Shown piece by piece: positions 57,362-64,000 of a stretch of 64,000 bases of DNA (position 1 is the first letter of the stretch; the number at the start of each line of letters is the position of its first letter). The notes beneath the pieces are model-generated. The model did not search any database. It saw nothing but the letters and a program-made list of their open reading frames with translations, and had not been told where the DNA came from. A program made the position numbers and the translations under genes. The stretch spans positions 10,000 to 73,999 of the forward strand of contig CAUZDS010000015.1 of the NCBI GenBank assembly GCA_963578725.1, given 5' to 3'. This stretch comes from Vicinamibacteria bacterium (GTDB lineage: Bacteria > Acidobacteriota > Vicinamibacteria > Vicinamibacterales > UBA8438).

Positions 57362-57471
57362 GCCGATGGCCGGTATCGGACTCATGTGCCCGGCTTGCCG
57401 GGCGGGGCGTCTCGAATGCTCCCTTGTCGCGCCGTGTCAGCCGCGCACTGCGTTCTGGCGACGGCGCTGCT

Positions 57472-57987
57472 TCATTCGATACAGGCCGCGCGATGGGCAT
57501 TCTGACGCGCAGTGTCGTCGCCGGGGTCCGCGGTGGCGCCTTCGATCCAGACGTCGCCGCCCTCGAAGAATTCGTGCTTCCAGATCGGCGCGATCTGCTT
57601 CACTCGCTCAATTACATACCGGCAGGCGGCGAAGGCTTCGGCGCGATGCGCCGACGAAACCGCGATCATCACGCTGGCCTCGCCGATCTGCAGCGTGCCG
57701 AGCCGGTGATGCAACGCCACCCGCGCTGCCCACCGCTCGGCGGTCTCCGCGCCGATCTGCTCGAAGACTCGCACCGCCAGCGACTCGTAACCCTCGTACT
57801 CGAGTCGCAGTACACTGCGCCCGGCATTCTCGTCGCGGACGATACCCAAGAACGAGGTGATGGCACCCGGACCAACGGCCGGCGAGCCGCCCGACGCGAC
57901 CGGGGTCACGATTGCGCTCACCAGCTCGCGGAGATCCAGCGGATCAGTCGTGATCGCGTACTGCGATGTTGGCATGCCCTCCCTCAT
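57472..57987 (-). CDS. moaE: Molybdopterin synthase catalytic subunit
   Basis: GAITSFLGIVR, LEYEGY, HRLG, SAHRAEAF, PIWKHE. Confidence 0.95.
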   Translation of the reverse strand: MREGMPTSQYAITTDPLDLRELVSAIVTPVASGGSPAVGPGAITSFLGIVRDENAGRSVLRLEYEGYESLAVRVFEQIGAETAERWAARVALHHRLGTLQIGEASVMIAVSSAHRAEAFAACRYVIERVKQIAPIWKHEFFEGGDVWIEGATADPGDDTARQNAHRAACIE

Positions 57988-57993
57988 TGTCGC

Positions 57994-58830
57994 TCATTTG
58001 CTCCAGAAATGATTGACCGGGCCGTGGCCGCGCCCGAGTGGCTTCGCATGCCGGATTGCCCCCTCGACGTAGCGCTTGGCCCTCACCACCGCGTCGTCGA
58101 GGTTCAGTCTCCACGCCAGTCCGGCAGTGACGGCGGCGGAGAACGTGCACCCGGTGCCGTGGGTGCTCCGGCTCTCCAGCTTCGGGCCGCGGAGCTCGAC
58201 GACGACGTCGCCGTCGTCAAGCAGATCGATCGACTCTGGTCCCTCGAGGTGACCACCGGTGATCACGACGGCCCCGACACCGCGGGTCCGGAGTCGGGCT
58301 GCGGCCTGTCTCGTGTCGTCCAGCGACGCGATCGGCATCCCCGCCAGAACCTCCGCTTCCGACCAGTTGGGGGTGACGAGACGCGCGTGGGGCAGCAACC
58401 TGGCACGGATCAGGTCGATGGCGTCGTCGTCGAGTAGCCGGTCGCCGCTCGTGGCGACCATGACGGGGTCTACCACCAAGTGGACGTCGGCCAGCGTCTC
58501 GAGCGCCTCGCAGACGGCGATCACCACCTCCCGGTTGGGGAGCATCCCCGTCTTGATCGCGCGGACGTCGAAGTCGGCGACCACCGCCTCGATCTGCGCC
58601 GCGACGACGGGCGCGCCAATTACCTCGACCGCCTTGACGCCGATCGTGTTCTGGGCGGTGATCGCGGTCACCGCGCAGAGCCCGTGCACACCATGCGCGG
58701 CGAACGTCTTCAGATCGGCCTGGATGCCGGCTCCCCCTCCGGAGTCACTGCCGGCGATCGTGAGCGCAGTCGGCATGGCACCGACACGAGGCGTGGCTCG
58801 CCTCAGACCGTCCGGGCCCGTTGGCTCCAC
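57994..58830 (-). CDS. thiD: Hydroxymethylpyrimidine/phosphomethylpyrimidine kinase (start may be ATG 58776)
   Basis: [37 protein letters not shown]. Confidence 0.96.
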   Translation of the reverse strand: MEPTGPDGLRRATPRVGAMPTALTIAGSDSGGGAGIQADLKTFAAHGVHGLCAVTAITAQNTIGVKAVEVIGAPVVAAQIEAVVADFDVRAIKTGMLPNREVVIAVCEALETLADVHLVVDPVMVATSGDRLLDDDAIDLIRARLLPHARLVTPNWSEAEVLAGMPIASLDDTRQAAARLRTRGVGAVVITGGHLEGPESIDLLDDGDVVVELRGPKLESRSTHGTGCTFSAAVTAGLAWRLNLDDAVVRAKRYVEGAIRHAKPLGRGHGPVNHFWSK

Positions 58831-58845
58831 CTCGCTGGTCAGCGT

Positions 58846-59544
58846 TTACGGCCCCGCTGCGCGGGGGAGTGGGAACGGCGAGCTCTGGTCGAGCCCGAAC
58901 ACGAGCAGGAACTGGTAGGTGAGGAACGTCTCGCGCGAAAGCATGGTAAGTCCGGCCGCCTCGGCGTCGCGGATGACATCGGCTGCCTCGACGCGCTGTT
59001 CCATCGGTGGTCCTGGCCCCCCCCCCTCCCTGGTAAAGTCGACGATCCCGAGGCGCCCTTGCGGCTTGAGCTCCGCCGCGACGTCCGTCAGCAGGGAGAC
59101 CGGATCCTCGACTTCGGCGTACACGTCCACGATGAGCACCGCATCGAGACCGGCCGGCAGCTTAGGGTCTTCCGGTGTGCCGAGCACCGTCTCAACGTTC
59201 GTGAGTCCTTCCCGGCGGACACGATAGTTAATCGCTTCGAGCATCGGCCGCTGGATGTCCTCGGCGTAGACCCGTCCGTTGGGACCGACCCGTCGCGCTA
59301 GACGAACCGTGAACCAGCCGGCACCAGCGCCGACGTCGGCAACGATGGAACCGTCCGCTATGTTCAGCGCGTCCATGATCTCGTCCGGCTTCTGCCACAA
59401 TCTGCGGTCGGGACCCTCGAGCAGACCGAGGTCCTCGGGCGGGAACAGCCGCGCGTGCGGCAGGGCCTGGGCTGCCGCCGGCACTGCTACAGCGCCGGCA
59501 ATCATCACCAGCAGACTCACCCCGAGACGTGCGCGTGTGAACAT
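58846..59544 (-). CDS. Class I SAM-dependent methyltransferase with predicted signal peptide
   Basis: [51 protein letters not shown]; TATAAT at 59563-59568 (minus). Confidence 0.85.
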   Translation of the reverse strand: MFTRARLGVSLLVMIAGAVAVPAAAQALPHARLFPPEDLGLLEGPDRRLWQKPDEIMDALNIADGSIVADVGAGAGWFTVRLARRVGPNGRVYAEDIQRPMLEAINYRVRREGLTNVETVLGTPEDPKLPAGLDAVLIVDVYAEVEDPVSLLTDVAAELKPQGRLGIVDFTREGGGPGPPMEQRVEAADVIRDAEAAGLTMLSRETFLTYQFLLVFGLDQSSPFPLPRAAGP

Positions 59545-59694
59545 TGGTCGAGATCCACTTCGATTATACCCAGCTTGCGGAAGGTCTCTCGCCCTGGCGG
59601 CGGTCCGGGGCCGGTCGTCGGCAGAAGCAGGCTTGGGCACATTCGTCAGCAGCTCGCCAGGCGTGCTGCTGGCGAGCGGATCTGCGGAGGGATC

Positions 59695-60678
59695 TCACGG
59701 GGTGGACACTACCATCTTACAGGGCTGTCGCTCGGGTCCGCCGAGCTCGGGGAGCGAGGGGCGCCCGAAACCCTGATGGACCGACAGCACGTCGAGCGGC
59801 GTAGACGCGAGATCCTCTACCGGGAGCAGCTCGAACGGTGTGGATGCCCGGACGTCAAGCCACTTGAGATAGCCGCCGCAGCTGGAGCAGAGCGCCGCCT
59901 GGTGCGCCGCGCCGGGGTCCGCCTTGAGCGACGTCAGGTGCCCGGGTTCGGCGCCGCAATACGTGCAGCCGTGGTCACGCGGCCGCCACCCGAGTCCGCA
60001 GAATGAGCAGCGGAGCAGGCTGGAACGCTCCACGGTTTCGCCGAACGCCGGCCAGGAACCGCAGGCTGGACAGCAACCGCGTGGCCATCTCTCGAGCGCG
60101 CTGGCGACCGACGGTTCGGGTCCGATTCCGGTCTGGGTGAACAGCGTCCGCTGTGCCACGTACGCCGCCGGTCCCGCCGCGAGCTCCGCCACGAGCCACA
60201 GTACGTCTGGCGCAACGCCCTCATGCAGTGCTTTGACACGGATGGCGTTCTGGTCGCGGTCGAAGGAGGCCGTAAGCAGCGAGCACATGTCGATGCGCCC
60301 GTCGTCGAGGCAGGTGCGCACGCGCCGGGCGACGCCACCCGCACCACCGCTGGCAAGATCGTCACACGCCTCGAGGACCAGCGGGCCGAGTATGGCGGCC
60401 GGCAACGTGATCGGCTCGCCCCGAAACGCCGGGGTGCCGGCACATAGCTTGTCGGCGACCTGTTCCGGTTCGAGGCTCACGGCGGGCGGCCCGGAGCCGC
60501 TCAGCCGACCGACTGCCGCGATCGTGCGGGCAACCAGCGATCGCTGCAACGCGATGGTCGGAACTAGGTCGGGCTGGCTCTCGCCGATCTCGTTCCACCT
60601 GACCTGTGCCCGGTCGAGCAGCGACGCGGGTGTCTGAAGGGTCACGTCCGATTCTCGGTCCAGGCCGGCAGACCACAC
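59695..60678 (-). CDS. fdhE: Formate dehydrogenase accessory protein FdhE-like
   Basis: Four CxxC motifs (CPAC, CSFC, CTYC, CSSC) followed by YLK and EDLASTPLD. Confidence 0.85.
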   Translation of the reverse strand: MWSAGLDRESDVTLQTPASLLDRAQVRWNEIGESQPDLVPTIALQRSLVARTIAAVGRLSGSGPPAVSLEPEQVADKLCAGTPAFRGEPITLPAAILGPLVLEACDDLASGGAGGVARRVRTCLDDGRIDMCSLLTASFDRDQNAIRVKALHEGVAPDVLWLVAELAAGPAAYVAQRTLFTQTGIGPEPSVASALERWPRGCCPACGSWPAFGETVERSSLLRCSFCGLGWRPRDHGCTYCGAEPGHLTSLKADPGAAHQAALCSSCGGYLKWLDVRASTPFELLPVEDLASTPLDVLSVHQGFGRPSLPELGGPERQPCKMVVSTP

Positions 60679-60829
60679 TCGCTCAGGCCGTCGTCTGGCA
60701 CCGACGCTTGCCGGTGCTCAGCCGATCCGCGCGTCTGGTGTCCGTCATGGGCGGTCTTGTCGCACTCGGCAACACCCGGCTATAATCCGCAGAGGGTTCC
60801 GTTCTGGAGCCGGGGGGAGATCGAAACCG

Positions 60830-61168
60830 ATGTCCGAGTTTATCACTGTGACCGAGACGGCCGCGTCCAAGATTGTCGGCCTGATGGCGGAAGAGAACAA
60901 GGCGAATGTCGGGCTCCGGGTGTTCGTGCAGGGCGGCGGCTGCTCTGGCTTTCAGTATGGGCTGATGATCGAGGAGGGCACCGGCGACGCGTCGGCCGAC
61001 CGTGTCTTCCAGTCAAACGGTGTCCGCCTGTACGTGGACCCGATCAGCTTGCGGTATCTGACCGGTGCGCAGGTCGATTTCGTGGACAACCTGACCGGTG
61101 GCGGATTCACGATCAAGAACCCGAACGCCAAGTCGACCTGCGGGTGTGGCTCGTCGTTCGAAGTGTAA
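60830..61168 (+). CDS. erpA: A-type Fe-S cluster carrier (ErpA/IscA/HesB)
   Basis: GGGCSGFQY, NPNAKSTCGCGSSF; TATAAT at 60781 and a purine-rich SD upstream. Confidence 0.93.
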   Translation: MSEFITVTETAASKIVGLMAEENKANVGLRVFVQGGGCSGFQYGLMIEEGTGDASADRVFQSNGVRLYVDPISLRYLTGAQVDFVDNLTGGGFTIKNPNAKSTCGCGSSFEV

Positions 61169-61169
61169 C

Positions 61170-61336
61170 CTCGCACGCCGGTGCGCGGGGTATCGCCATG
61201 TTTACGCTCGGTCGTGTTCGGCCCTGCTCCGCGCGGGCTACCCGATCTCGAATGGGGCGTCCCGTGACGTTCGACACGGCCGGTTACCCCGACTCGCCCC
61301 TTCTCGCCTCGTGATGGCCCGGACGCGGCGTGCGAG
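61170..61336 (+). other. Nested inverted-repeat element (candidate structured RNA or MITE)
   Basis: Perfect 11-bp terminal inverted repeat CTCGCACGCCG/CGGCGTGCGAG with further nested pairings. Confidence 0.45.
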
Positions 61337-61370
61337 AGACGCACCGAGTTTCTGACGCGGGACGTCAGGT

Positions 61371-62348
61371 ATGGACGCACAAACGGCCTACCTCGAGCGC
61401 TTGCGCCCGGCCGGCGGCAAGCGGTCCACCAAGCGCGACCTGATCATCAACGTCTTTCTGCGGCAGGACGGCCATTTCAGTGCGGATGATCTGGTCGACC
61501 TGATGCGCCGGGAAAATCAGAAGATCAGTCGGGCCACCGTGTACCGAACACTGCAGTGGATGGTCGATGCTGGCATTGCCCGCAAGGTCGATTTCGGTGA
61601 CGGCCGGTTCCGGTTCGAGCATTCCTACCGCCACCCCAGGCATTTCCATCTGATCTGCAAATCGTGCAACCGGTCGTCGGAGTTCCTGAGTACGGACATT
61701 GAGGTACTGCTCGAGGAGATCGCCGCGGCACGTGGCTTTGCGGCCCGGCAGAGCGTGTTGCAGATCTACGGGACGTGCGAGGATTGTCGGGCTGGGCGTC
61801 GCGTGCCCACGACGGTTGCGACGACCGAGTTGCTGTTCGCCCGTGACGCGCTGCGGATCGCGATCGCCACCGAGCGTAGCGGGCTCGAGTTCTACGCCCG
61901 CGGGTCAGAGCTGGTGCGGGACGCGCGGGCGCGTAAGGTCTTCCGGCGTCTGGCGGCGGAAGAAGAGGAGCATCTTGACACCCTCCAGCAGCGCTATCAG
62001 GAGCTGCTCGCCGAGGACCCGCAGCTCGAGTCCTATCCGACGTTTCTCTTCTTTAAGGGGGCTGCGAACGGGTTGTTCGCCTCCGGCACCGAGGGGTTAG
62101 ACAAGGTCGTCGACGATCGAGAGGCGTTGATGATCGGCATCCGGTGTGAGCGCGGGTCACACCGATTTTTCAGACATTACGGTGAGCGGTTCGAGGACTC
62201 GGAAGGTAAGCGAATCTTCCTGGAGTTCGCCGACGAGGAGCGGGAACATCTCGAGCTGTTGATCAGCGAATATCGAGCGCTCGTTGCTCGTGAGCGCAAA
62301 CCACGTAGAGGGACCGCCCGCAAGAAGGCCTTGGCGGCAGGCCGCTGA
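61371..62348 (+). CDS. Fur-family regulator fused to a rubrerythrin/ferritin-like domain
   Basis: Fur part: HFSADDL, SRATVYRTL, HFHLICKSC, GTCEDC. Ferritin-like part: IATERSGLEFY..EEEEH..IRCERGSHRFF..EEREH. Confidence 0.9.
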   Translation: MDAQTAYLERLRPAGGKRSTKRDLIINVFLRQDGHFSADDLVDLMRRENQKISRATVYRTLQWMVDAGIARKVDFGDGRFRFEHSYRHPRHFHLICKSCNRSSEFLSTDIEVLLEEIAAARGFAARQSVLQIYGTCEDCRAGRRVPTTVATTELLFARDALRIAIATERSGLEFYARGSELVRDARARKVFRRLAAEEEEHLDTLQQRYQELLAEDPQLESYPTFLFFKGAANGLFASGTEGLDKVVDDREALMIGIRCERGSHRFFRHYGERFEDSEGKRIFLEFADEEREHLELLISEYRALVARERKPRRGTARKKALAAGR

Positions 62349-62370
62349 GCGCGTATCGGCTCCGACACGA

Positions 62371-62886
62371 TCAGTGGTCCGGCTTTCTGGCGACCACCCG
62401 CGCGACTCCGACCGGGGCCGTGCATTCTTCGTCGAGGCACAGGGTCCAGCCTTCGAACACGGCGCGGAGCTCGCCCGGCCGGAGCAGATGATCGGGGGAC
62501 CTGGGGCCGGTGCCGTGGGTCAGCTGCGCGACGGTGAACGTCTCGTAGATGACGAACCCTCCCGTTCGGACGGCGTCGCGGAACGCCGGCCAGATCGATC
62601 GCTGCAGGTAATTCGTGCCGATCACGAGATCGAAGCGGTTCCGCGGCAGCGGCGCCGTTTCGAGGTCTGCGACCCAGAGCCGCGCACGGTCTAGCGCGCC
62701 GGTCTTTGCCAGCCTGACCCGATCGAGATCGCGGTCGACGCCGAAGACTCGGAAGCCGTGCGCGGCTGCCGCCCGGGCATGGCGGCCGGTGCCCATCGCC
62801 AGATCGAGCACATCGCGCCTGGGGCCGAGACGGTCTCGTACCACCGGTAACCACCGCGAGACGAACGGCGCTGGTGTATCGCTCAT
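62371..62886 (-). CDS. Class I SAM-dependent methyltransferase (TehB-like)
   Basis: VLDLAMGTGRH, GVDRD, FDLVIGTNYLQR, GGFVIYETF, LRPGEL. Confidence 0.85.
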   Translation of the reverse strand: MSDTPAPFVSRWLPVVRDRLGPRRDVLDLAMGTGRHARAAAAHGFRVFGVDRDLDRVRLAKTGALDRARLWVADLETAPLPRNRFDLVIGTNYLQRSIWPAFRDAVRTGGFVIYETFTVAQLTHGTGPRSPDHLLRPGELRAVFEGWTLCLDEECTAPVGVARVVARKPDH

Positions 62887-62925
62887 CGGCGACCCCGCCG
62901 CCGCGGCTGATATGATGAACGACCG

Positions 62926-63405
62926 ATGTCCGCTGCGCTGATCACCACCTCTGTCCTCTCGCTCGCCGGGCTCGTCGTCAGCTTCGCCCTCGGCTACAGG
63001 GCCATCACTGCTGATGAAGTCCTTCGGCACGCCACGCTGGCCATCTTTGTTACGCTGATCACTTTGCTGGCGCACTCAATGACCATGTTCTACCTCATCG
63101 GGAAGGGACGTGCCATTCGTGACGCGGTGACCGAGGGCGCGCTGACCACCGACGCCGTTGTCAGGGTCGCCGCCCTACGCGGACCGGTCTTTAAACTGGC
63201 GACGGTGGCGATGGCACTGACGATGGCGACCGCCATTGTGGGCGGCGGTGTCGACACCGGAGTCATTCCTGGTGGCTTTCATGCAATGCTGGCGGTGCTC
63301 GCGATCGCAGCGAATGTTGCCGCGCTGCGGGCGATCGTGCACGCCCTGAACGAGTCCAGCCGGATCGTGGAGCAGGTCAACCGGGAACTCGGAGTCTATG
63401 ATTGA
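62926..63405 (+). CDS. Hypothetical four-TM membrane protein
   Basis: Four hydrophobic segments; extended -10 TGATATGAT 9 nt upstream. Confidence 0.75.
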   Translation: MSAALITTSVLSLAGLVVSFALGYRAITADEVLRHATLAIFVTLITLLAHSMTMFYLIGKGRAIRDAVTEGALTTDAVVRVAALRGPVFKLATVAMALTMATAIVGGGVDTGVIPGGFHAMLAVLAIAANVAALRAIVHALNESSRIVEQVNRELGVYD

Positions 63406-63485
63406 AAGCTCGCGGCGTCATCCGCCTTGAGCCCAGAATCCAGAATCCCCTATTCCGGATCCAGGGTTCTGAGCAGACACCACCG

Positions 63486-64000
63486 GTGGTTTCCAAGATC
63501 CTGTTGTTTGATATCGACGGCACCCTGCTCCTATCGGGGCGGGCGGGCTACCGCGCGTTGACATGCGCGTTTCAAGAGCTGTTCGGCGTGGCCCGCGGTT
63601 TCGACGACATTCAGGTCGCCGGCTCGACCGACGAGCTCATACTGACCGCGGCGCTCGACCGTGCTGGAGTCACGGTCGACCGCGCGACACGGGCGTTGTT
63701 CCATACCCGCTATTGCGAGCTGTTCACCGACGAGATCCATTTCCCGGGACCGCGGAAGGGGCTGATGCCGGGCGTAGAGGCGCTGCTCGAGATGTTGAGC
63801 CGGCAGAGTACTGTACGGTCTGGTCTGATTACCGGCAACTTCGCCAGACCGGCGCAGATCAAGCTGGAGCACTTCGATCTCTGGCGCTTCTTCCGCTTCG
63901 GTGCGTTTGGGGACGACGCACCGGTGCGGGACGATCTGGTCCCGATCGCGCTTGACCGGGCACGGCGTGAAGGGGTGGCGGTGGCGGCGGCCGGCGACGT
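63486..64000 (+). CDS. HAD-superfamily phosphatase (runs off the window end)
   Basis: ILLFDIDGTL, AGSTD, LMPGV, GLITGN, FGAFGDD. Confidence 0.88.
   Translation, partial: MVSKILLFDIDGTLLLSGRAGYRALTCAFQELFGVARGFDDIQVAGSTDELILTAALDRAGVTVDRATRALFHTRYCELFTDEIHFPGPRKGLMPGVEALLEMLSRQSTVRSGLITGNFARPAQIKLEHFDLWRFFRFGAFGDDAPVRDDLVPIALDRARREGVAVAAAGD

Noticed and set aside
63430-63472. CCAGAAT heptamer-like repeats (similar degenerate tracts near 2900 and 30835)
   Set aside because: At most two clean units; too short and degenerate to support a function.

Overview
GC-rich bacterial chromosomal window made mostly of housekeeping genes: citrate synthase, lepA-lepB, yggS/yggU, DinG-like helicase, glyA, thiC, accD-folC-lptD-rfbA-rfbB, ddl, tgt-yajC-secD-secF-uppP, a K+-dependent membrane pyrophosphatase, a tonB-exbB-exbD-exbD operon, rel, rpmB, a DksA/TraR-family gene and lon, ileS-lspA-lgt-rluD, moaD-moaE-thiD, prfA-prmC, fdhE and erpA. 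Gene content and style suggest Acidobacteriota, perhaps Vicinamibacteria; this is inference. I saw no rRNA, tRNA, CRISPR array, prophage or transposase. Items most worth follow-up: (1) erpA, then a ~170-nt rod-like inverted-repeat element, then a Fur-rubrerythrin (di-iron) fusion regulator, divergent from an orphan fdhE; (2) an unannotated 42-aa, 50%-lysine histone-H1-like gene with its own promoter, structured leader and terminator; (3) a candidate sigma54 promoter with upstream repeats before a non-canonical DksA-like gene and lon; (4) repeated leaderless-mRNA architecture; (5) three decaying hydrolase genes (M20 peptidase, HDAC, M16 peptidase) and small palindromic repeats. All product calls come from motif recognition by eye; no database search or folding program was run.
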